A stretch of DNA of 41,162 nt. It comes from Gemmatimonadota bacterium. GTDB taxonomy: Bacteria; Blakebacterota; Blakebacteria; Blakebacterales; Blakebacteraceae. Below, one piece after another: positions 33,874 to 41,162 of the stretch; within the stretch, counting starts at the first letter, position 1; every line of letters begins with the position of its first letter. The notes under the pieces are model-generated. The model saw only the letters and a list, made by a program, of their open reading frames with translations, was not told the DNA's origin and ran no database searches. The DNA lies in assembly GCA_030631625.1 (NCBI GenBank), contig DAOVKT010000001.1, positions 1-41,162 of the forward strand. Reading direction: 5' to 3'. Made by a program: the position numbers and the translations under genes.

Positions 33874-35711
33874 TCCACGGTAACACTCTTGGCCAGGTTG
33901 CGCGGCTGGTCTATGTCACAACCGCGCCGAACAGCAACGTAGTAGGCTAGCAGCTGCAGTGGGATAACCGTCAGCAGGGGGTAGAAGCAGTCGAGCGTCT
34001 TCGGCACGTATATCACCCAGTCGGCCAGGTCTGCGATACTCTCATTACCCTCGGTAGCCACCGCCAGGATCCGCCCCCTGCGTGCGCGGATCTCCTCTAT
34101 ATTGCTGACAACCTTGTCGTATACGTTATCGCCGGGAGCAAGTATTACTGCCGGCATATCGTCGTCGACCAGGGCTATCGGGCCGTGTTTCATCTCGGCA
34201 GCCGGATAACCCTCTGCGTGTATGTAGGATATCTCCTTCAGCTTCAGAGCCCCCTCGAGGGCGACCGGGAAGTTGTAGCCACGGCCGAGGTAGAGAGCGT
34301 TTCCGGCCCCGGCGAATTCATCAGCGATGCTCTCGATTCTTTCAGAATCATCGAGGATCTGCTGGATCTTACCTGGAATACGGATCATTTCCGCCAGGAT
34401 TCCCTCACAACGCTTCTTGCTGAGAGTGCCGTGCAGACGGGCCATCAGCAGCGCTATCTGGCTCAGCACAGCCACCTGGCTGGTGAAAGCCTTGGTCGAT
34501 GCAACGCCTATCTCAGGGCCCGCGTGCAGGTAAACCCCGGCATCTGTTTCGCGCGCGATGGTCGAACCCACGACATTCACGACACCCAGGCAGGGTATCC
34601 CCTCATCTTTAGCCAGCTTCAGTGCGGCAAGGGTGTCGGCGGTTTCCCCCGACTGGCTGACGACGACGAGTATTGTACCGGGCGTGAACACCGGCCTGGC
34701 GTAGCGGAATTCGGAAGCGTACTCCACGTCCGCAGGCAACCGCACAAAATCCTCGATCAGACGCCTCCCTATCAGGCTGGCGTGCCACGATGTACCGCAC
34801 GAGGTGAAGATGATACGCTTCGTCTGCATAAGCAGGTCATGGTGGTCCTGCAACCCTCCAATCTTCACCTCCGCTGACCCGGGCCGGACTCTACCGCGCA
34901 TCGCATCCTGAACAGTCTGAGACTGCTCGTGGATCTCCTTGAGCATGAAGTGATTGAAACCACCCTTTTCGATCCGGTCGAGCTCCCAGGTGATCTTTTC
35001 AACCTCAGGGCTCAACATCTCGTCCTGCAGGTTCTTGACCACGTACCCTCCAGGAGTCAGTACGGCCATCTCGTCGTCGTTGAGGTAGATGATATCCCGC
35101 GTATGCTCGGCGAAAGCCGCAATATCGGACCCGACAAAGAATTCGTCCTTGCCGATACCCAGCAGCAGAGGGCTGCCCCTGCGCGCAACGACCAGCACGC
35201 CCGGCTGCTGTGCGTCTATTACAGCGATCCCGAACGTTCCCTCCACTTCGTTCAGGGCAAGACGAACCGCCTCTTCAAGGGGGTGGCCATGCTCGTCCTT
35301 CAGATATTCCTCCACCAGGTGGACCAGCACCTCAGTATCGGTTTCCGTGACAAACTGGTGATTGCGCTCTTTGAGAAGGGTACGAAGCGACTGGTAGTTC
35401 TCGATAATCCCGTTGTGCACCAGTGCTATGCGGTTACCGCAACAGGTATGGGGATGGGCGTTGATATCGCTCGGCTCCCCGTGGGTGGCCCAGCGGGTGT
35501 GTGCGATCCCGACCGTGCCAGAAAGGTCCATCGTGGTTGTAAGCTGTTCCAGCTCCCGGATCTTTCCTTTCACCTTTGCCATCGCCAGGCTGCCGTTCTG
35601 CTGTACGGCGATGCCGGCCGAGTCATATCCCCTGTATTCGAGCCGCCTCAGCCCGTTAAGGAGGATCTCCCTCTGCTGCCGCTGGCCTACATAACCGATT
35701 ATGCCGCACAT
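33870..35711 (-). CDS. glmS: Glutamine--fructose-6-phosphate aminotransferase
   Basis: MCGIIGYVG N-terminal nucleophile (ATG at 35711), two SIS domains, C-terminal LAKSVTVE. Confidence 0.97.
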   Translation of the reverse strand: MCGIIGYVGQRQQREILLNGLRRLEYRGYDSAGIAVQQNGSLAMAKVKGKIRELEQLTTTMDLSGTVGIAHTRWATHGEPSDINAHPHTCCGNRIALVHNGIIENYQSLRTLLKERNHQFVTETDTEVLVHLVEEYLKDEHGHPLEEAVRLALNEVEGTFGIAVIDAQQPGVLVVARRGSPLLLGIGKDEFFVGSDIAAFAEHTRDIIYLNDDEMAVLTPGGYVVKNLQDEMLSPEVEKITWELDRIEKGGFNHFMLKEIHEQSQTVQDAMRGRVRPGSAEVKIGGLQDHHDLLMQTKRIIFTSCGTSWHASLIGRRLIEDFVRLPADVEYASEFRYARPVFTPGTILVVVSQSGETADTLAALKLAKDEGIPCLGVVNVVGSTIARETDAGVYLHAGPEIGVASTKAFTSQVAVLSQIALLMARLHGTLSKKRCEGILAEMIRIPGKIQQILDDSERIESIADEFAGAGNALYLGRGYNFPVALEGALKLKEISYIHAEGYPAAEMKHGPIALVDDDMPAVILAPGDNVYDKVVSNIEEIRARRGRILAVATEGNESIADLADWVIYVPKTLDCFYPLLTVIPLQLLAYYVAVRRGCDIDQPRNLAKSVTVE

Positions 35712-35721
35712 ATCTTGACTC

Positions 35722-35913
35722 CTATAGCGGGAACGGGCCGCATTGCAACCTTTCACCCGTTCTGCACGTTACATATGTATCGTAACCGAGCGGTTCAACA
35801 ACCTCTACTTCGGCCGGTATTGCTCCGGGGCTACCCGGCTCCACTGCCCCGGCAACCAGCCGGAGGTCCTCCGGTCTTATCCCAAGACTCACAGTCGGCG
35901 CCTCAGGTTCCAA
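35722..35913 (-). pseudogene. Probable relic of the C-terminal TOBE/regulatory domain of a MalK/UgpC-type ABC transporter ATPase
   Basis: The translation VSLGIRPEDLRLVAGAVEPGSPGAIPAEVEVVEPLGYDTYVTCRTGE carries the LGIRPE(D/H)L and V..VE.LG motifs characteristic of that domain. There is no Walker or ABC-signature part upstream, which is folC. Confidence 0.35.
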
Positions 35914-37304
35914 GGAGCAGACAACGTCATTTCGGGCCAGAGCCGTTCCCGCCCCTGCCCATCATCCAGGACATCCAGGATAGGACCTACCAGCATGTGC
36001 GAGCCAGTGACTACAACCAGCCCCTCCCGGTCCATACCCCTGGTAGCCTCCTCTACCGCCGAAATGGGATCGGGAGCAGTCTTAACACGAACCTGCAGAT
36101 CGAGTCGTTCGGCGAGCTGGTCAACAGCTGACGCTATCTCCTGCGGATCGCGGGCCCTTGAACCATCCCATCTGGTCGCAATCACGGTATCGGCCCATCC
36201 GATCAGTGGTTCGATGAAACCGTGCAGGTCCTTTTCGGCTGCAAGGGCCAGGACCAGTCGCTTGAGGCACCCGCCGGTCCTGGCCTGGATCTCCCTGCTT
36301 ATCACCCGGGCCGCCAGCGGATTGTGCCCCACATCCAGCACCAGGTCCGGACAGCCCTGCGGAGCGGTAATGTATTGAAGACGGCCCGGCCAGCGCACCG
36401 ATCCCACACCCTCGATGATAGCATCCGTCGGGATGGAAACCCCTATATCACGCATGCTCGCCACGACCGCCAGCGCCGTTATCAGATTGTTCAGCATATG
36501 TTCGCCGGCAAGGGGCAGCGTCCACTCAAAGCGCTCCGGCTCTCCCTGCGTCAGAGCCACCTGAGCCGCACCGCCCTTCCAGAGTGCACTTCCAGACATC
36601 CCCCACGGTTGATCCGGTCCGCCGGAAAGATCCACCAGCTCCCGCGCCGGAATTACTCTGGAGCCCTGCTCTGCCGCCTGCGACTCCAGGATGCCCCGGA
36701 CCTGATCCGTTCCGGGACACAGGACGGCAGGAACCCTATCGCGCATGATGGATCCCTTCTCCCTGGCTATCCCTTCCAGGTCGCTCCCCAGCTCCCCGGT
36801 GTGGTCGACTCCAATCGTCGTAATCACTGTAACCTGCGCCCGGCATAGCCGCGTGGCATCCAGACGCCCGCCAAGGCCCACTTCTATCACCCCCCAGTCG
36901 AGGTCGACCCGCCGGAAGTGCCAGAACGCGGCCATGGTCAATGTTTCAAAAGGTGTGGCCTCCAGGCGGTCTGCCTCGGTCGAAACCGCCTGAAGCGCAC
37001 GTGCGAAGTCCTCTTCCTCGATTGGCACGCCCCCGATCGCGATGCGCTCGGTCCAGTCCACCATATGGGGGGATGTATAGCGGCCCACACGCAGGCCGGC
37101 GGCTGAGAGAATGTGCTCCAGGAGGGCGGCTACGGTACCCTTCCCGTTCGTACCGGCTATGAGTACCGAGGGGAAGGTTTGCTCGGGATTGCCCAGTCGG
37201 GCCGCAAGGTTCTCGACTCGCTCCATGCCCAGCTGCATGCCCCGGTAGTGGATTCCTTCCAGCCATGCCCGGGCCTGCTGCGGCGTCCAGGCTCTGCTTT
37301 TCAT
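35889..37304 (-). CDS. folC: Bifunctional folylpolyglutamate synthase / dihydrofolate synthase
   Basis: Mur-ligase P-loop IAGTNGKGTVAALLEHIL. Classic accD-folC adjacency. Confidence 0.9.
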   Translation of the reverse strand: MKSRAWTPQQARAWLEGIHYRGMQLGMERVENLAARLGNPEQTFPSVLIAGTNGKGTVAALLEHILSAAGLRVGRYTSPHMVDWTERIAIGGVPIEEEDFARALQAVSTEADRLEATPFETLTMAAFWHFRRVDLDWGVIEVGLGGRLDATRLCRAQVTVITTIGVDHTGELGSDLEGIAREKGSIMRDRVPAVLCPGTDQVRGILESQAAEQGSRVIPARELVDLSGGPDQPWGMSGSALWKGGAAQVALTQGEPERFEWTLPLAGEHMLNNLITALAVVASMRDIGVSIPTDAIIEGVGSVRWPGRLQYITAPQGCPDLVLDVGHNPLAARVISREIQARTGGCLKRLVLALAAEKDLHGFIEPLIGWADTVIATRWDGSRARDPQEIASAVDQLAERLDLQVRVKTAPDPISAVEEATRGMDREGLVVVTGSHMLVGPILDVLDDGQGRERLWPEMTLSAPWNLRRRL

Positions 37305-37305
37305 G

Positions 37306-38190
37306 TCAGGGGGAGCCGGTTTCAGTACCGGAATCGTGCCGGCCTACCAGATGGTCGAACAGCTTGATAATGGTCTTCTTCATCTCATTCCGTGGTACGA
37401 TAACATCCAGGAATCCGTGTTCCAGCACGAACTCGCTGGTCTGGAACCCTTCCGGCAATTCCTCGCCTATCGTCTCCTTGATAACACGGGGACCGGCAAA
37501 GCCGATGAGTGCCCCCGGCTCGGCCACGTTTACATCACCCAGCATGGCAAAGGAAGCTGTAACGCCTCCCGTGGTGGGGTGGGTCAGGATGCTGATATAA
37601 GGGAGGCCTGCCTTACGATGTTCAGCAAGGCGTCCACTGGTCTTGGCCAGCTGCATCAGGGATAGAATGCCCTCCTGCATACGGGCCCCACCCGATGAGG
37701 AGAGGATGACGAGCGGTATCCGCCTCTCGGTCGCTTTCACCGTGGCCCTGGCGATCTTTTCCCCGACCACAGAGCCCATGCTGCCGCCCATGAAGGAGAA
37801 GTCGAGAACCGCCATCACCGCTGGATACCCGCCTATCCTGACTTCGCCGGTGCGGACCGCCTCGACCATCTTGGTCGGGTCCTGTCCTTTTTTCAGGCGG
37901 TCAGAGTACTTCTTGGAATCCACAAAGCCGAGTGGATCCTTCGATTTCATACGGGGATCGAATTCCTCGACAAACCCGCTGTCGGTCAGGATCTGCAGGT
38001 ATTCGGAGGCACTTATACGGAAGTGGTAGCCGCACTTGACACAGATGTGGAAGTTGGCCTCCAGCTCCTTGCGGTAGATGATCTCCCCGCATTTATCACA
38101 CTTGGTCCAGAGACCTTTTGGGACTTTGAGCCTTTCACCAGAGCCCAATGTGCGACGGACTTTTTTAAACCAGCCCATAAACCCCCGCAA
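37306..38190 (-). CDS. accD: Acetyl-CoA carboxylase carboxyltransferase beta subunit
   Basis: Zn ribbon CDKCGEIIYRKELEANFHICVKCGYH, then the carboxyltransferase domain (FSFMGGSMGSVVGEK). Confidence 0.95.
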   Translation of the reverse strand: MRGFMGWFKKVRRTLGSGERLKVPKGLWTKCDKCGEIIYRKELEANFHICVKCGYHFRISASEYLQILTDSGFVEEFDPRMKSKDPLGFVDSKKYSDRLKKGQDPTKMVEAVRTGEVRIGGYPAVMAVLDFSFMGGSMGSVVGEKIARATVKATERRIPLVILSSSGGARMQEGILSLMQLAKTSGRLAEHRKAGLPYISILTHPTTGGVTASFAMLGDVNVAEPGALIGFAGPRVIKETIGEELPEGFQTSEFVLEHGFLDVIVPRNEMKKTIIKLFDHLVGRHDSGTETGSP

Positions 38191-38191
38191 G

Positions 38192-39013
38192 TTAGTTCCC
38201 GTCCGGCAACTCCGGAACCGCTTCCCTGAGCAGTATCGCGAGAGACGGCTGGAACCTGGCGGCCGCAGTAATTACCTCTTTGTGGTGCAGACCGGTGTGT
38301 CCCTCCTCACCGATCATGTTTGTGACGAGGCTCAAGCCCACGACCCTGCATCCGAGTGACCAGGCTGCAAGTGCCTCCGGGGCAAGCGACATCGCCACCA
38401 CGTCAGCGCCCATCCGGCGTGCCATTTCTGCCTCGGCGCGGGTCTCATACATCGGGCCCGATACGCAGAGCAGTACACCCTCCGTGACCCGAATGCCGAG
38501 GCGGCCGGCGGCCTCTTTTACCACAGCCCTGCCCTCCTCCCAATAGCCGGGCCGCACCCCGCGAGGCCAGCTACCCTGAAGTAGACGTCCCAGCTGGTCG
38601 CCCTGGAGGAAGAGATGGTCGGAAAGCAGTATCAGATCGCCCGGGCGCATCCCTTTTCTCAGGGCACCCACCGAGTTCGTCAGAACTACTTTGCGCACTC
38701 CCAGGGCACGCGAGACACTCAGGGGTGCTATCACGCCTTCATATGAGCGGGCCTCATAATAGTGGTGCCGACCCGCCATAACCAACACATTCTCCCCACC
38801 TACCCGCACCAGGCTGAGCTTTCCCCCATGACCTTCCACCGCCGGTGCGCGCCATCCCGGCAGCAGGCCATAATCCACCTCAACTATGACCTCCTCCACC
38901 CACGGGTTTGACTGCCCGCTTCCAAGGGTGACGAGCAGGTCAGCGGACTCGATTCCGGCCCCCCGCAGATATTCGAGGGCCGAATCGATCACATCCTGCG
39001 GTGGTCCGATCAT
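38192..39013 (-). CDS. Purine nucleoside phosphorylase, trimeric PNP/MTAP family
   Basis: VTLGSGQS, MAGRHHYYE..YEGV (GRxHxYEG-type motif), VGADVVAMSLAPEALAA. Confidence 0.85.
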   Translation of the reverse strand: MIGPPQDVIDSALEYLRGAGIESADLLVTLGSGQSNPWVEEVIVEVDYGLLPGWRAPAVEGHGGKLSLVRVGGENVLVMAGRHHYYEARSYEGVIAPLSVSRALGVRKVVLTNSVGALRKGMRPGDLILLSDHLFLQGDQLGRLLQGSWPRGVRPGYWEEGRAVVKEAAGRLGIRVTEGVLLCVSGPMYETRAEAEMARRMGADVVAMSLAPEALAAWSLGCRVVGLSLVTNMIGEEGHTGLHHKEVITAAARFQPSLAILLREAVPELPDGN

Positions 39014-39762
39014 ACCTTTCCACGCCCTTTCGGAGCGCCGATTGTGCCCAGATAAAAGGGCGTCATCACTGCATGATCCTCGCCCCCGATCTGCAGCGCA
39101 CGGGCACCCAGCCTCAGAAGCTGCTCTACAGCAGGACGTTCCGATCCGGTGACCAGCTCCAGATCATCCGGAGGCGCCTCCTCCAGATGGCTGCTGAACG
39201 CCCCGATGCCCGGTCCAACCAGACGGCACGGCCGCGGGATAAGGCCCGGCAGCGCGGCCGGTGGCGCCAGCTGGAGCAGAACCCGATCTTCTCCCAGTTC
39301 GAGCGTCTCCGTGCCCGCCTGCTCCCGGGCGCCCTTCACTGCAGGGGAGCCGGCACACAGCGGGCCCTCATCCCCCTGCAGGTAGGTCACCCAACCTATG
39401 CCGCGGCTGCGGGCGTCGTAGCAGACCGCCAGAGACGATCCTTCCTTCAGGTACTGGGCGGCGAAAGCTTGAAAGGATGGGATGGCGACAACAGGAATCC
39501 CCCTCGATTCCGCAAGTCCCTGCGCAAGCGCAAAGCCAACCCTGAGACCCGTATAGGAGCCGGGACCCCTGTTAACCACGATACCGGTAACCGCATTGAC
39601 ATCGAGATCGCTGGTTTCGAGAAGCTCGCGGACACCCGTCAGCAGCAGGGAGGATCCTCCCTCGGCACGCTCGTAGCGGCGCTCACCGAGCATGGACCTG
39701 GCGTCGGGGTCGGCGAGGGCTACAACCCCCGCCGTGGTTGAAGTATCGAAGAGAATCAGCAT
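39010..39762 (-). CDS. tsaB: tRNA N6-threonylcarbamoyladenosine biosynthesis protein TsaB (YeaZ)
   Basis: MLILFDTSTTAGVVAL and VNRGPGSYTGLRVGFALAQGLA. I chose the ATG at 39762, 13 nt after the polA stop. Confidence 0.85.
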   Translation of the reverse strand: MLILFDTSTTAGVVALADPDARSMLGERRYERAEGGSSLLLTGVRELLETSDLDVNAVTGIVVNRGPGSYTGLRVGFALAQGLAESRGIPVVAIPSFQAFAAQYLKEGSSLAVCYDARSRGIGWVTYLQGDEGPLCAGSPAVKGAREQAGTETLELGEDRVLLQLAPPAALPGLIPRPCRLVGPGIGAFSSHLEEAPPDDLELVTGSERPAVEQLLRLGARALQIGGEDHAVMTPFYLGTIGAPKGRGKV

Positions 39763-39775
39763 GTTACGGCCTGTG

Positions 39776-41162
39776 TCAGTGGGCGTCCGCCCACGTACGT
39801 CCCCATGCAGCCTCAACCAGGATAGGGACATCCAGTTCCAGAGCTTTTTCCATCCTGGTCGTTACGCTGTCCCGAACCTGCTCCACCACACCTTCGTCAA
39901 CCTCGAACACCAGTTCGTCGTGGACCTGTATCAGCATGTCCGCGGGTACCCCATCCTTCCAGATCCATTCCTGTATTGAGATCATGGCCTTCTTGATCAG
40001 GTCGGCGGCGGATCCCTGTATCGGCATGTTCACCGCGGTTCGTTCGGCGAAGGCGCGCACCTGCGGTGCGGTTGATTCCAGCTCGGGCATGTAGCGGCGC
40101 CGGTTGAGCAGTGTGGTCACGTAGCCGTTACGCCTGGCCGTCTCTTTCGTCTCCTCTATGTATCGCGCCACACCGCTGAACCGCTCGAAGTAGCTGTTTA
40201 TGAAGTCCTTTGCCTCGGCCGACGGGATTCCCAGCTGCTTTCCTAAGCTGACGCTTCCCATCCCGTACATTACGCCGAAATTCACCGTCTTTGCCTGCCT
40301 GCGCTGCATCTCGTTGACAGCCTCGATGGGGCAGTCGAATATGGCCGCCGCGGTACTCACGTGGATGTCCTCTCCTCTGCGGAAGGCCTCCTGCAGGCGC
40401 TCATCCTTTGACAGGTGCGCCATGATGCGCAGCTCGATCTGGCTGTAGTCGGCCGAGAGAAGGACGCGCCCCCCGGGGGCGACGAAGGCGCGCCTTATCC
40501 GGCGCCCTACCTCGGTGCGTATGGGGATGTTCTGAAGATTCGGCTCGGAGGAAGAGAGCCTGCCCGTGGTAGCCACTGTCTGGTTGAATGAGGTATGTAT
40601 GCGGCCTGTATCGGGATCTACCAGCTTCGGCAACGCCTCGATATAGGTATTCTTCAGCTTGTTCAGCACCCGGTAGTCGAGGATCTTCTCCGCGATCGGG
40701 TGCTCCTGAATCAGGCCTTCAAGTACCTCCGAGTCGGTGGAGTAGCCGGTCTTGGTCTTCTTTCCACGCGGCAGCTGTAACTTTTCAAAGAGTATGCTCT
40801 GGAGCTGCTGCGGGGAGTTGACGTTGAAATCTTCGCCCGCCAGCTCATATATCTGCTGTTCGAGCTGGTTCAGCTCACCCTCGAACTCCTCCCCCATACC
40901 CGAAAGCAGGTCAAGGTCGACCAGCACCCCCTTCGCCTCCATCTCCATCAGAACGGGAATGAGAGGAACTTCGATCTCGTCAAACAGGGAGAGCAGCTCG
41001 AGAACCTCCAGCTTCGGTGCCATCTCGTGCAGAAGGCGCAGCGTCATATCTGCATCCTCGCACGAGTAGTCGCTCGCCTCCTGTATCGGAACCTCGGAAA
41101 AGAGGATCTGGTTCTTACCCTTGCCTATCAGGCTCGTGATAGGGATGGTCTTGTGCTGCAGG
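39776..41162 (-). CDS. polA: DNA polymerase I, C-terminal polymerase domain (5' part of the gene lies beyond the window end)
   Basis: The frame stays open to base 41162 (..YSCEDADMTLRL..). Pol A motifs RRIRRAFVAPGGRVLLSADYSQIELRIMAH, RRQAKTVNFGVMYGM and QVHDELVFEV. Confidence 0.95.
   Translation of the reverse strand, partial: LQHKTIPITSLIGKGKNQILFSEVPIQEASDYSCEDADMTLRLLHEMAPKLEVLELLSLFDEIEVPLIPVLMEMEAKGVLVDLDLLSGMGEEFEGELNQLEQQIYELAGEDFNVNSPQQLQSILFEKLQLPRGKKTKTGYSTDSEVLEGLIQEHPIAEKILDYRVLNKLKNTYIEALPKLVDPDTGRIHTSFNQTVATTGRLSSSEPNLQNIPIRTEVGRRIRRAFVAPGGRVLLSADYSQIELRIMAHLSKDERLQEAFRRGEDIHVSTAAAIFDCPIEAVNEMQRRQAKTVNFGVMYGMGSVSLGKQLGIPSAEAKDFINSYFERFSGVARYIEETKETARRNGYVTTLLNRRRYMPELESTAPQVRAFAERTAVNMPIQGSAADLIKKAMISIQEWIWKDGVPADMLIQVHDELVFEVDEGVVEQVRDSVTTRMEKALELDVPILVEAAWGRTWADAH

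Noticed and set aside
35712-35888. Possible glmS ribozyme in the 177-nt region upstream of glmS
   Set aside because: I could not find the conserved core segments (for example the GACGAGG-type and GGCGCC pairing elements). The region instead reads as a TOBE-domain relic. A covariance-model scan would settle it.
34929-36131. 400-aa plus-strand ORF spanning glmS and the folC 3' end
   Set aside because: It is antisense to the unambiguous glmS and folC genes, has low-complexity composition and no family resemblance.

Overview
GC-rich bacterial chromosomal segment made up almost entirely of conserved housekeeping and core-metabolic genes. I saw no rRNA, CRISPR array, transposase, integrase, phage module or recognisable defence system.

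Layout:
- Bases 1-10.9 kb, mixed strands: the 3' part of an SPFH/stomatin gene, an M20 peptidase, a PD40 lipoprotein, an orphan AmmeMemoRadiSam-type radical SAM enzyme, pepD, a PAC2-family protein, a CGGC / small ORF / ornithine-cyclodeaminase operon, tRNA-Asp and two envelope lipoproteins.
- From 11.0 kb to the window end (about 30 kb), every gene is on the minus strand, often with 1-4 nt overlaps. In transcription order: polA (partial), tsaB, PNP, accD, folC, glmS, a TPR/PBP1 LpoA-like protein, larE-like, gmhA-like, ispE, spoVG, tRNA-Gln, prs, rplY(ctc), pth, hppA, rpsF, rpsR, DUF2232, rplI, a bifunctional-nuclease-family protein, ltaE, a sirtuin, a TPR lipoprotein, rlpA, a DUF3098-like protein, tRNA-Val, an inositol operon and a C69 dipeptidase.
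- The gene order resembles the Firmicutes spoVG-prs-ctc-pth and yybS-rplI neighbourhoods. The DUF3098-like protein and the lipoprotein types hint at an FCB-type or candidate-phylum organism. Lineage cannot be settled without searches.

I did not find a convincing wholly new multi-gene system. The best candidate is the overlapping three-gene operon at 12.9-15.95 kb. It encodes inositol-3-phosphate synthase, a fused IPCT/DIPPS-type cytidylyltransferase/CDP-alcohol transferase, and an uncharacterised HD-like 191-aa protein in the slot where an IMPase-type phosphatase would be expected. A 440-nt untranslated leader precedes it, together with an 18-bp phased direct-repeat element that also occurs upstream of the C69 dipeptidase.

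Lesser observations: homologous terminator hairpins behind two tRNA genes, a MalK/UgpC TOBE-domain relic between folC and glmS, a three-cysteine LarE-like enzyme without lar partners, a decayed poly-Gln microsatellite, and acidic tails on several ribosomal proteins.
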